Source of the DNA: Thermoplasmata archaeon
GTDB lineage: Archaea > Thermoplasmatota > Thermoplasmata > RBG-16-68-12 > JAJISG01
Length of the DNA: 48,122 bases
Direction: 5' to 3'
Assembly: GCA_046759865.1 (NCBI GenBank)
Contig: JBHIDB010000002.1
Coordinates: forward strand, 1 to 48,122
In this document: one piece after another, positions 8,276 to 17,227 of the stretch
How the letters are laid out: each line of letters begins with the position of its first letter
Numbering within the stretch: position 1 is the first letter of the stretch
Made by a program: the position numbers and the translations under genes
The notes under the pieces: generated by a model
What the model was told of the DNA's origin: nothing
Database searches by the model: none
The model's input: the letters and a program-made list of their open reading frames with translations, nothing else

Positions 8276-8326
8276 CCTGCGCTACATCAAGGTAAGCGCC
8301 GATTCCTTCTGGCTCACGAAAGGCCT

Positions 8327-10312
8327 TTGCCTTCCGAACCTTCCCGCCCCGTGATGAGAGCTTGGTCCGGCGCCCAGGTCTTCTTGCTGACGCTGACGAC
8401 CTCTCTCCTGTTCCTCCCGGCCCTGCGCGTCTTCTTCGCCAGCGTGTACTTTCAGAATCTCATCAGCCTATCGCTGAACGCCTCCTTGCTCTTCCTACTC
8501 GTTCTCTTCGCACCTGTCGTCTATCTCATCACGCCCCGTCGCGTCTGGACACGAACCGCCCTTCGCGCCCTCGTGGTGGTCCTCTTCGGTGCGCGCCTGG
8601 GCATGTTCGCGACGGGCGAATCCACGCTCTTGCTCCCCCTTTCCGCTCTGGGGGTCGCCGCGTTCCTGATTCTCCTCCCCCTGCTCCTTGCCGCCCCCTC
8701 CTCGCCGGCGCAGGAACGGTGGGCTCCGGTGGCCCTCGGGTTCGTCCTGGCGTTTGCCATGGACGCCTCGTTGGCCCTGCTAGGGGCGTCCCGCGATCCG
8801 GGCGCGGGCTTCTCCGGGTTGAGCTACTCGCTGGTCTGGGGGGCCGTTAGCGTCTATCTGATCGCGGTTCGAGCCCCTCCCGCACCCGAGGCGGGGCCCG
8901 TCCCCACGAGCTCCCGGTCCCGACGCCTCCTCGTGGGGTCGGCCCTGGGCGCCTGGCTCTTCTTGGAATACGGAGTCCTTGGGAGTCCCTTCGCCGTCGC
9001 CCGATGGAATGCACTCCCCCTCGCCCCCGTCGCCCTCGGCACGATCGTCGGCCTCCTCGCGATGGTCGCCTCCACGATCCCGCCCCTCCATCCGGTGCGC
9101 CACCCTGGGGCTCTCCTCGCCCTCCACGCCCTCGCCCTAGTCGCCCTCATCGACCACGCGTTCGTCCACTCCCCCGTCCTGCCGGGCCTTCTGGTCATCC
9201 TGCAAGCGGTCCTGGTTCTGGACCTCTTTCTCCTCCTGTCCGTTCTCGCGCCCTGGGGCGTCCGGGCGACGGCCGGCGCCCTCCTTTACACTGGCTTGGT
9301 CTTGGTCCTCCTCTTGCTCGTCCTCGCCTTCACCCTTGTGTACGCCTTCGTGCCCCTCTCCTTCCTCTGGCAGGGTGCCGAAGTCGTCCTCCTGCCTGCG
9401 GCCCTTCTCTGGCTCCTTCTTGCCGGGGCGCTTCTCTCCCAGGGGTTCCGACACTTGCGGGTCCCCCCGCTTCCTCGCAGCGCCCTCTCCCTCTTCCTGG
9501 TCCTCATCCTGGCGACATCTGTCGTCCCCTTCGCATTCCCCGCCCGTGCCCCTGGCATGCCCGTGATCCCCGCCCCGTTCGCCGTCCTGACCTACAACGT
9601 CCATCAGGGGTTCAGCAACGACGGCGGCATCGACCCGGACCTGTACGTGCAGGTCATTCGGGATAGCCTTGCGGATGTCATCGCCCTCCAGGAAAGCGAC
9701 ACGGCCCGGTTCACGAGCGGGCACCTGGACCTCGTGTGGTACCTCGGGGCCGCCCTCGGGTACCACACCGCCTACGGGCCCCCGACCCGCGAGCAGAGCT
9801 TCGGTGTGGCCCTCCTCTCTCGCTACCCCATTCTCGAAGCGGACCACCTCTTCCTCACCAGCTCGGAGGCGAAGCGGCCCCTCTTGCAGGCACGAATTGA
9901 CGTCGTGGGCGTCCCGGTTTGGATCCTCGTTCTCCACATGGGGCTGGAGGCCGCGGACCGGGATATCCAGGTTACAGAGGTCCTCGCCCGCGCGGCGGTC
10001 CTCCCAGGCCCCGTCGTCGTGGCGGGGGACTTCAACGCCTGTCCGAGCGGGATGTGCCCCATGCAAGAGGTCGTGGATGGTGTCTATGCATCCATGACGG
10101 GGGCTTACCGGGACGTCTGGACCGAGGCAGGTTCCGCCCGCGACGACCCCCTCGGATTCACCTTCTCCGCTCGGGACCCGCGGCAGCGGATCGACTACGT
10201 CTTCGTTTCCGCGGAACTGACGGTGTTGGGCGCGGTGCGCCTGCGCACCGCTACGGAGGTCCGGGCTTCAGACCACCTTCCGGTCCTCGCGGTCCTGGCG
10301 CTGGGGTCCTAG
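8327..10312 (+). CDS. polytopic membrane domain fused to an endonuclease/exonuclease/phosphatase (EEP) family domain
   Basis: About 400 aa with 10 or more hydrophobic helices, then EEP hallmarks: FAVLTYNVHQGF, VIALQESD, VLVLHMG, VVAGDFNA, RIDYVF, SDHLPVLAVL. Start is TTG 8327 or ATG 8354. Confidence 0.8.
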   Translation: MPSEPSRPVMRAWSGAQVFLLTLTTSLLFLPALRVFFASVYFQNLISLSLNASLLFLLVLFAPVVYLITPRRVWTRTALRALVVVLFGARLGMFATGESTLLLPLSALGVAAFLILLPLLLAAPSSPAQERWAPVALGFVLAFAMDASLALLGASRDPGAGFSGLSYSLVWGAVSVYLIAVRAPPAPEAGPVPTSSRSRRLLVGSALGAWLFLEYGVLGSPFAVARWNALPLAPVALGTIVGLLAMVASTIPPLHPVRHPGALLALHALALVALIDHAFVHSPVLPGLLVILQAVLVLDLFLLLSVLAPWGVRATAGALLYTGLVLVLLLLVLAFTLVYAFVPLSFLWQGAEVVLLPAALLWLLLAGALLSQGFRHLRVPPLPRSALSLFLVLILATSVVPFAFPARAPGMPVIPAPFAVLTYNVHQGFSNDGGIDPDLYVQVIRDSLADVIALQESDTARFTSGHLDLVWYLGAALGYHTAYGPPTREQSFGVALLSRYPILEADHLFLTSSEAKRPLLQARIDVVGVPVWILVLHMGLEAADRDIQVTEVLARAAVLPGPVVVAGDFNACPSGMCPMQEVVDGVYASMTGAYRDVWTEAGSARDDPLGFTFSARDPRQRIDYVFVSAELTVLGAVRLRTATEVRASDHLPVLAVLALGS

Positions 10313-11243
10313 CGTGGGTCGCTAGTAGTCGCCCCAAAACGGGGATCCAGAAAATCTGGAATACAATCATCATGGTGGGGGCCACCACCGCCGTCGGCGC
10401 GAGGAGGGCAAGGGCGATGGTCGCCGCGAGCCCCGCGTTCTTGTAGCTCGAGAAGAGGACCAGGGAGATTCGTAGGTCCGTCTTCAGCCGTTGGAAGAGA
10501 ACCCATACGACTCCTGCCCCCAGCGCCACGATGAGGGCAGAGGCGATCAGGGCCTCGAGGGCGAGGGCCGGACTCTCCAGGAGGACCTGGCGGTTTGCCG
10601 CCCCAATCAAAAAGGTCAAAGGGGCGAAGGAGAGGTTCCGAAGCACACGGACCGACGTCCCCGAAGGGGCAGCCCCACGCACCAACCGGGAGAGGACGAG
10701 AGGGAGAAGGATGAGAACGAGGACCGTGAGGACGAGTTGGGCCGGGCTCACGGCCACGCCGAGGAGCAGGAGGGCCAGGAGGGGCGTGACGGCGAGGGAG
10801 ACGAGGTAGATCAGGGCGTTGGACGCGACGGAGGCTGGGACACTTCCGCGAAGGATGGCCGTGAACGGGATGATGGAGACGGCCGGCGGGACCGCGATGA
10901 GGATGGCCCAACCCTCCCAGAGGAGGGGGGAGGTGAGGAGGGCCGCCCCGAAGAGAAGGGCCGGCAGGAGGCCGAAGCTGAGGGCGAAGGCGAAGGGAAC
11001 GTAACGCAGGTTCTCCCCGAAACCCCGCAAGGGGACCTCGGCCAGGGAGAAGGTCATGAGGGCCGCGAGGGCCGCCATGGCCGCCAGATCCATGCCCGGG
11101 AAGGTGCCTCCCACGAGGAGGCCGGCCGCTAGGGAGAGGAGCATCAATGCCGAAGGGCTCTCGAGAATCCGCGGAAGCTTTCGAATCCCTCGGTCCCGAG
11201 TCCTCCGGGAATGCGACACCGATGAGCCTTCCGAAGGGTCCAA
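10251..11243 (-). CDS. membrane transporter, possibly sodium/bile-acid symporter-like (SBF/ACR3 superfamily)
   Basis: About 9-10 TM helices. FSSYKNAGLAATIALAL resembles the conserved C-terminal block of SBF-like carriers. Family assignment is tentative. The 3' end overlaps the convergent EEP gene by 62 nt. Confidence 0.55.
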   Translation of the reverse strand: MDPSEGSSVSHSRRTRDRGIRKLPRILESPSALMLLSLAAGLLVGGTFPGMDLAAMAALAALMTFSLAEVPLRGFGENLRYVPFAFALSFGLLPALLFGAALLTSPLLWEGWAILIAVPPAVSIIPFTAILRGSVPASVASNALIYLVSLAVTPLLALLLLGVAVSPAQLVLTVLVLILLPLVLSRLVRGAAPSGTSVRVLRNLSFAPLTFLIGAANRQVLLESPALALEALIASALIVALGAGVVWVLFQRLKTDLRISLVLFSSYKNAGLAATIALALLAPTAVVAPTMMIVFQIFWIPVLGRLLATHARTPAPGPRGPEGGLKPGPP

Positions 11244-11444
11244 TGGAGCGCCGAGGTGAGGACGCTATTCAGAACCTTTGGTGGGACCGCCTGCGCCCGA
11301 GCGAGAGAATGAGGATTAGGGCCATGCCGTCCGTGCTCGGAGGCCCACGCCGTCCGCGGTCCGCCAGGGACGGGAAAAACTCTCCCCATCGTTATCAGGG
11401 TGGATGGGAGGAACCGTGTGGACGACCGTCTCCCCTCCCTAGGG

Positions 11445-11452
11445 GTTTTATG
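11445..11452 (+). promoter_or_regulatory. TATA-like box (GTTTTATG) for the VOC gene
   Basis: Centred ~28 nt upstream of ATG 11476. Confidence 0.4.
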
Positions 11453-11475
11453 GGAGGTCCCTCGTTGCAGCGCCC

Positions 11476-11889
11476 ATGAAGGGCGTCCAGAACGTCCTGG
11501 CCGACAAGGAACGGATCCTCATCCGGAGGATCGATCCCATCATTCTGTGGGTGTCCCGTTTCAGCGATTGTCTCGGATTCTATCGGAAGGCTCTCGGGAT
11601 GTCCCTCAAGAAGCAGATCGGAGAGTGGGCCGAGCTCGACGCAGGGGGCATCACCCTCGCGCTACATGGGACCTCCGACGGGGAGGGGCCCAAGGCTCGA
11701 ACCCAGGAGGCACCCATAGCCCTCCACTTCGTCACGAAGGACATGGAGAGGTTGGAGGCCGCCCTTGAGTCGTGGGGCGGAAGTTTCGTGGAGGGTCCGG
11801 AGGAGAAGGACTATGACGGGTTCAGAGTCCTCGAGGCCACCTTCCGCGACCCCGATGGCAACGAGATGGATGTCATTCAGAACCTCTAG
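11476..11889 (+). CDS. VOC (glyoxalase/bleomycin-resistance/dioxygenase) family protein
   Basis: RIDPIILWVSRFSDCLGFYRKALGM...ITLALHG...FRDPDGNEMDV is the typical VOC beta-alpha-beta-beta-beta module pattern. Confidence 0.85.
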   Translation: MKGVQNVLADKERILIRRIDPIILWVSRFSDCLGFYRKALGMSLKKQIGEWAELDAGGITLALHGTSDGEGPKARTQEAPIALHFVTKDMERLEAALESWGGSFVEGPEEKDYDGFRVLEATFRDPDGNEMDVIQNL

Positions 11890-11925
11890 GTAGCCTACGT
11901 GGTTGCCGGACGGGAGCGGATTCCC

Positions 11926-12972
11926 TCACTCCGCTGACCCGATGGCCTCCTCCACGGTCGCAAATCCGTTGGCTCGGAGGGCCTCGGTGAGTTCGCGGGA
12001 GAGTCGTCGCGCGACCCCGGGACCGCGAAGGATGAGGGCCGTGAGCACCTCGATCGCCTGCGCCCCCGCCGCCAGCATGCGAAACGCATCCTCCCCCGTC
12101 GTCACCCCCCCCACGCCGATGACTTGGATTCGTTCTCCAAACTCCCGCCGGAAGTCTTGAACGGCTCGGAGAGCGAGGGGGAAGAGCGGGCGGCCGCTCA
12201 GACCGCCTCGGGCCCCTCCCACCCGATTCTCCTTGACCGCGAGCGTGTTCGTAAGGACGAAGTTCGCGAACCCCATGCGAAGGGCCTGGTTCGCCAACTC
12301 CAACGTCCGCGCCCGTTCGGCCTCCGTGTTGTAGGGGGAGAACTTTAGGAAGGGACGCTCAGGAAAGGAACGAAAGTGTTCGAGGAGTTCGGTCAATGCC
12401 CGCGGGTCCTCCTCGAAGGCCCGTCCCGTCCTGGTATTGGGGCAGCTGATGTTGATCTCCCATCCCGCGGCGAGTCCTTCGAGGCTTTCCCGGACGGCGG
12501 CGAAGTCCCTCGCCGAATCGCCCGCAATGCTGACGAAGATGGGGACCTCCTCTGAGCGAAGCGAGAGGTGCTCTCGAACGTGTCGCACCCCCTTCGACGG
12601 GAGTCCCATCGCGTTGACCAGGCCGTCGTCTTGGGTATGGCGAAAGAACCAGGGACGTGGATTTCCTAGATGGGCGTGGGGCCGAACCGACCCGACGACC
12701 AGGAACCCGAAGCCGAGATGGCCCATCGCTTTCGTGATTTCCCCGTTCTTGTCGTATCCGGCGGCCAGTCCGAAGGGGTTCGTGAGTTCGACGCCCGCTA
12801 CCTGCGTTCGCAGTGCGGGGTCCGCTCTTCCCTTCGCCAAGCCCAGCCCCCAGCCCCTCCGGCGGAAGGCCCACATGGAAGCCTCGTGGGTCAGGTCCGC
12901 CGGGAGGCGGTAGAGGAGAGGTCGGAGGAACCGGTAGAGGCCCACGGCTACGACCAAGGCGAGGCTGTGCAA
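11926..12972 (-). CDS. pyrD: dihydroorotate dehydrogenase (quinone), class 2
   Basis: NPFGLAAGYDKNGE, GFLVVGSV, EINISCPNT, VIGVGGVTTGEDA, plus the N-terminal amphipathic extension typical of class 2 enzymes. Confidence 0.9.
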   Translation of the reverse strand: MHSLALVVAVGLYRFLRPLLYRLPADLTHEASMWAFRRRGWGLGLAKGRADPALRTQVAGVELTNPFGLAAGYDKNGEITKAMGHLGFGFLVVGSVRPHAHLGNPRPWFFRHTQDDGLVNAMGLPSKGVRHVREHLSLRSEEVPIFVSIAGDSARDFAAVRESLEGLAAGWEINISCPNTRTGRAFEEDPRALTELLEHFRSFPERPFLKFSPYNTEAERARTLELANQALRMGFANFVLTNTLAVKENRVGGARGGLSGRPLFPLALRAVQDFRREFGERIQVIGVGGVTTGEDAFRMLAAGAQAIEVLTALILRGPGVARRLSRELTEALRANGFATVEEAIGSAE

Positions 12973-12990
12973 AAAGGGTTGTCTTGCCGG

Positions 12991-14163
12991 TTATTGGACC
13001 ACGCTGAGCGCGTAGCGGCTCCTGAAAACATCGCCCTCGTCGAACCGCTCGGGGCGAAACGGGGTCAGGTCCAAGGACCGATATCTCCCCTCCAAAATCA
13101 GTTCTGCCAGGCCGCGACCCACGGCCGGGCTGAACTTGTATCCGTGGCCGCTGAAGCCCGTGTCGTGGTAGAGGCCCTCCACCCGAGGATCCGCCCCGAT
13201 GATGGGATGGAGGTCAGGCGTCGCCGCATCAACGCCGGCCCAGCCGTTCACGAAGTGGGCGTCCGCCATCGAGGGCCAGCGCCGTGCGAGCCGCTCGGAC
13301 GCATGCACGAGAAAGTCAAAGCCAACCGCCCCCGGCAGTGCATCGGGATCCCAATCCCCCGTCTCCTCGTCCGTGCCCACGAGGAGTCTCCCGTCCTCGT
13401 ACGGCCTCCAGTAGGTCGCCGTCGTCATGTCAAAGGCCATCGGCGTGTTGCGGATGGATTCAGGGGGATCCAGAAGGCCCACCGAGAGGAGAGCCGAGGT
13501 CACCGGAATCACCGCGTTCGCGGTTTCGGCAAGGCGGGCGGACCAGGCGCCTGCCGCGAGGACGACGTTGTCGGCCTCTACGGATCCCGCAGAGGTGTCC
13601 ACCCCCTTCACTCGCCCTCCCCCTACCCGAACGGAGGTCACCTCCACGCCCGTAAGAATCTCGCCGCCCAGGCGCGAGATCTCCTCAGCGTACGATTCGT
13701 CGAGCCGCATGGCGTCGCCGTATCCCGCGTCCTCCTCCAACGCGGCCACGGCGATTCCTGTCAAGTCGAGATAGGGGAATCGTTTCGCCACTTCCTGGCG
13801 CGGGAGGACCTCCGCCCGCACCCCTAGATTACGATGCATCGCGACGTTCTCCCGCAGGGGTTTCGCGTGGTCGTCGCCCGCCAAGACGAGGAGGGGGTTG
13901 GGGGTCATGTGGGATCCACTCTCGGAGAGCTCGTCCAGCTCCCGCAAGAGCTTCACCGTCTCCTGGACCAGCCGCACACATATTTCGTTGGAGTAGTGGT
14001 GGCGGATGAAGGAGGCGGACCAACCCGTGGCCCCTGCCCCGAGCCCGCTCTTCTCCAGTACGAGGACGCGTCCGGCCTCCGCGCGGAGGAGATGATAGGC
14101 CAGGCTGGTTCCATGTACGCCGCCCCCGACGACCACGACGTCCGCCTTCCGGCTCAAGGACAA
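12991..14163 (-). CDS. FAD-dependent oxidoreductase (DAO / sarcosine-oxidase-beta-like family)
   Basis: N-terminal dinucleotide fold ADVVVVGGGVHGTSLAYHL and C-terminal GFSGHGYKFSPAVG block. Lies 18 nt upstream of pyrD on the same strand. Confidence 0.85.
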   Translation of the reverse strand: MSLSRKADVVVVGGGVHGTSLAYHLLRAEAGRVLVLEKSGLGAGATGWSASFIRHHYSNEICVRLVQETVKLLRELDELSESGSHMTPNPLLVLAGDDHAKPLRENVAMHRNLGVRAEVLPRQEVAKRFPYLDLTGIAVAALEEDAGYGDAMRLDESYAEEISRLGGEILTGVEVTSVRVGGGRVKGVDTSAGSVEADNVVLAAGAWSARLAETANAVIPVTSALLSVGLLDPPESIRNTPMAFDMTTATYWRPYEDGRLLVGTDEETGDWDPDALPGAVGFDFLVHASERLARRWPSMADAHFVNGWAGVDAATPDLHPIIGADPRVEGLYHDTGFSGHGYKFSPAVGRGLAELILEGRYRSLDLTPFRPERFDEGDVFRSRYALSVVQ

Positions 14164-14227
14164 GAGGACTTAATGGCAGGGAATAACCCTTCCGGGAGTC
14201 AGTGAGCTGGACGCCTCAGGGTAAGGC

Positions 14228-14233
14228 TTTAAG
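14228..14233 (+). promoter_or_regulatory. TATA-like box (TTTAAG) for the DUF1684 gene
   Basis: Centred ~29 nt upstream of the in-frame ATG at 14259. This supports that ATG over the track start at 14202. Confidence 0.4.
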
Positions 14234-14258
14234 TCGCCGACAACCACATTCTAGATGG

Positions 14259-14813
14259 ATGGACGTCAACGAGCGGCGCGAGGCGCTGCAGCAGGCCCGT
14301 GTCGAGAAGGACCGCCTCTTCCGGGGGTCTCACAATTCCCCCATCCCGGAGACTGAGCAGCGGAGCTTCCGCGGCCTGCGGTACTTCCCCTACAGTGCCC
14401 AGTTCGCTTTTGAGGTAGAGCTGGAAGAGACCGTAGACCCCGACGAGGTGGTCATGGCCACCAGCGTGGAGGGGCAGGAGAGCCTCTATCGCAAAGTGGG
14501 TTTCTTCGAGTTCGAGGTCGAAAGGCTTCCGCAGAAGATCTACGCCTATCGGCGGGACGACGAGCACATCCACGGTCCCCCCTCCCTCTTCATTCCCTTC
14601 CGGGACGGGACCTCGGGGAAGACGACCTACGGGGCGGGCCGCTACATCGACCTCCAGGTCAGCCCCTCGGGAAGCTACGTCTTGGACTTCAACGAGGCGT
14701 ACAACCCGTACTGCACCTACAGCCCCTCCTACATCTGTCCGCTGCCGCCGCGGGAGAATTGGCTCATCGTGGACATCCCCGCCGGGGAGAAGGATTACGC
14801 GACGCGCCACTGA
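14259..14813 (+). CDS. DUF1684 domain protein
   Basis: FRGLRYFPY, GAGRYIDL and AYNPYCTYSPSYICPLPPRENWL...GEK are the conserved blocks of DUF1684. Confidence 0.8.
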   Translation: MDVNERREALQQARVEKDRLFRGSHNSPIPETEQRSFRGLRYFPYSAQFAFEVELEETVDPDEVVMATSVEGQESLYRKVGFFEFEVERLPQKIYAYRRDDEHIHGPPSLFIPFRDGTSGKTTYGAGRYIDLQVSPSGSYVLDFNEAYNPYCTYSPSYICPLPPRENWLIVDIPAGEKDYATRH

Positions 14814-15070
14814 CTTCTCTCTTACTGGTTCCCTCAGGGCCGTCTTGTCCTGCTGAGTTCTCTTGACACACCTGGTTTTCCGCCATGAGAACCGTGGGCA
14901 AATTCCTTTAAGGACCGTTCGTCGAGCCGCATCTCAGAAACCGTCATGGCTAGACGAGGCCCGAGCCTTCATCTTCAGCATTCGGCTCGGTTGGACAGTC
15001 TTGGATATCCCTTGGTCTCCGTGCGAGACCCAAGGTCGTCCTCGAGGTACAGGCCGAGGAGGATGGCCTG

Positions 15071-16681
15071 ATGAAGAGGCGGCACGTTCTCCTCTTCGCG
15101 GCAGCCCTCCTGCTCCCGGTACTTCTCATCTACCTCCCCGCGCAGTCCCTAGCGGCCTCTACCGTGGTGGACCTCAATGCATCCACACCGACCGCCACGG
15201 AGCAGAGCCGGAAGGTCTTCAAGAACCCCCGGGGGCTGACCAACTACTACGTCTTCTACTTGGACGACACGGACACCTTCGTCCGGTACGCATACTCGGC
15301 GGACGGAAGCGCCTGGACGGCCGGCAACGCCGCATCAGCCAACGCCCTGGAGATGACCACTGGGGACGCCTCCTCCTGGGCCACGGCCATCTACGACGAC
15401 GGGAGCCAGCTCCACGTCTACCTCGCCTACGAGAAGGACACGAACGACCGGATGGCATACCGGCACGGGACGATCTCCGACACGAACACCACCATCACCT
15501 GGGCGACGGAACAGTCTTTCGGCGGGTATTCGCAGCAGGCCTACGGCGTCTCCCTCACCCTCGCCTCCAACGGCCGCCTGTTCATGGCGTGGTCGGACGA
15601 GCGGGTTCCGACCTCGGAAGCGATGCGGGTCTTCGCCTTTGACACGATCCCCGCTGGGGATTTAGTATCCGGCGCCCACGCCGCCCTTGCCGAGTCCGAT
15701 CGTCTGATGGTGACCGCGAATCCCACGGGGACGACGAACGAGATCAACGCCGTTTACCAGGAGGGGACCGGCATTCTCAATGCCGTGAAAGTCACCAGTG
15801 ACGGTACCGCACCCACGTTCGGAACGAAGAGCGAGGTGACGGGGATGAGCCTGACCCGAGGCAAGATCTCCGCCGCCACCGACACCCAAGTGAGCCCGAA
15901 AACCCACGTTGCTCTGCGGAACGGCACCCTCGTGGAACACAGAACCTATGACGAGGCCTCCGGCCTCAGCGCCCCCACCACGGTGCTGGCGGCGACCCCC
16001 GACTCCGTTTCCGTGGCGGTGGACGAGACCTCCTCGCCGGACAAGGTCTTCGTGTTCTACGTCAAGAACGGCGTGGCGGGCAGCATCTTCTTCCGAACTT
16101 CTCCCGTCGACGCCGTCTCCTTCGGGAGCGAGAGAACGATCAGCGACGGTTCGGAGGGGATCGACTACCTGTCCGCGGGGGTCAAGGACTGGGGCGCGGA
16201 CAGCAAAATCCCCCTGGCGTACACGACGCAGACGACCTTCCTCGTGAGATTTCATGAGGCTGACGAGGTGACAGGCTGCGAGGCCCTCACCCTTGTCACG
16301 AGCGATCCGGCGGGTGAGCTGTGGTTCAACGAGACGGTGGAGCCCGATGGCCTGCCCTTCACCACGCAGGTCAACGTCTCCGCCTCGTTCCAGGGCGGGG
16401 CAACTCCGGCCCTCAGCGTCACCAACGATGGCACCGGGACCTGCAACATCACGATTCGACTCCTGAGCGACCCCGGCACGGGCCGCTCGATGAAGTTCAA
16501 CACGACGGACAGCGCCCCATGGCCCAGCGATGTCTCGAAGGAGGTCCCTCTGGACCCGTCTAGCGTGACGGTGTGCTCCGGAGTGGGCCCGAGCGGAACC
16601 TGCGACATCTGGCTGTGGGCTGACTTTGACGACGCGCTCGGCGGCCAAGCCGTGGCCAACGTGCGCGTGGAGAGTGTGTAG
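15071..16681 (+). CDS. secreted protein: sialidase/BNR-like propeller region plus C-terminal Cys-containing beta-rich domain
   Basis: Signal peptide MKRRHVLLFAAALLLPVLLIYLPAQSLAAS. One clear Asp-box (YSADGSAW, nt 15293-15316). Thr/Ser-rich beta-type composition. The C-terminal ~135 aa share VTNDG...C...PSGTC...W motifs with the next gene. GAGGAGGA lies 8 nt upstream of the ATG. Confidence 0.7.
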   Translation: MKRRHVLLFAAALLLPVLLIYLPAQSLAASTVVDLNASTPTATEQSRKVFKNPRGLTNYYVFYLDDTDTFVRYAYSADGSAWTAGNAASANALEMTTGDASSWATAIYDDGSQLHVYLAYEKDTNDRMAYRHGTISDTNTTITWATEQSFGGYSQQAYGVSLTLASNGRLFMAWSDERVPTSEAMRVFAFDTIPAGDLVSGAHAALAESDRLMVTANPTGTTNEINAVYQEGTGILNAVKVTSDGTAPTFGTKSEVTGMSLTRGKISAATDTQVSPKTHVALRNGTLVEHRTYDEASGLSAPTTVLAATPDSVSVAVDETSSPDKVFVFYVKNGVAGSIFFRTSPVDAVSFGSERTISDGSEGIDYLSAGVKDWGADSKIPLAYTTQTTFLVRFHEADEVTGCEALTLVTSDPAGELWFNETVEPDGLPFTTQVNVSASFQGGATPALSVTNDGTGTCNITIRLLSDPGTGRSMKFNTTDSAPWPSDVSKEVPLDPSSVTVCSGVGPSGTCDIWLWADFDDALGGQAVANVRVESV

Positions 16682-16705
16682 AAAACGAAACGGAGGTAAT
16701 AGGAA

Positions 16706-17227
16706 ATGAAAGACAAAGCGTGGATCATCGGCCTGGCCCTGCTCACCGCGGCCATCCTCCCCGGCCTTTCGGGGAACGCCCTCGCCGCCACCCAAGACGT
16801 GACGACGACTTGGAACGTCGCGCAGGACACCTCGTTCAGTGTCTCGTTCCCGGCCACCCACACCGGCATCGACTTCGACCCGGCCAGCGGGACGTTCACG
16901 AACCTGGCGGCCACGGACCAGACGGACGCCCAGTGGGGCTACCGTGTGACCAACGACGGGAACGTGAACATCAACGTCTCGGCGGTGTTCACTACCGCCT
17001 TCCCGGCAGGCGTCACCGAGTTCCGGACTTGCACCGCTTCCAGCGGTGGGGCGCCTAGCGGCACCTGCTACTGGTGGACCGACACCAACGAGACGACCAA
17101 CACCCAAGTGATCATCAACGCCCTGACGCCTGGCTCCAACGCCGACCGATGGGCGTGGACCACGGGGAGTGGTGTCCTTGCCGGCACGTACTCGCGGACG
17201 TACAGGCTCACGTCGACCGCGGCCTAA
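16706..17227 (+). CDS. small secreted beta-rich protein (173 aa), paralogous to the C-terminal domain of the preceding gene
   Basis: GGAGGT lies 8 nt upstream of the ATG. Signal peptide with ALA-A cleavage-like site. Motifs YRVTNDGNVNINV and CTASSGGAPSGTCYWW. Confidence 0.7.
   Translation: MKDKAWIIGLALLTAAILPGLSGNALAATQDVTTTWNVAQDTSFSVSFPATHTGIDFDPASGTFTNLAATDQTDAQWGYRVTNDGNVNINVSAVFTTAFPAGVTEFRTCTASSGGAPSGTCYWWTDTNETTNTQVIINALTPGSNADRWAWTTGSGVLAGTYSRTYRLTSTAA

Noticed and set aside
12670-13827. 385-aa plus-strand ORF
   Set aside because: It is antisense to pyrD and the FAD oxidoreductase, both of which have strong motifs.
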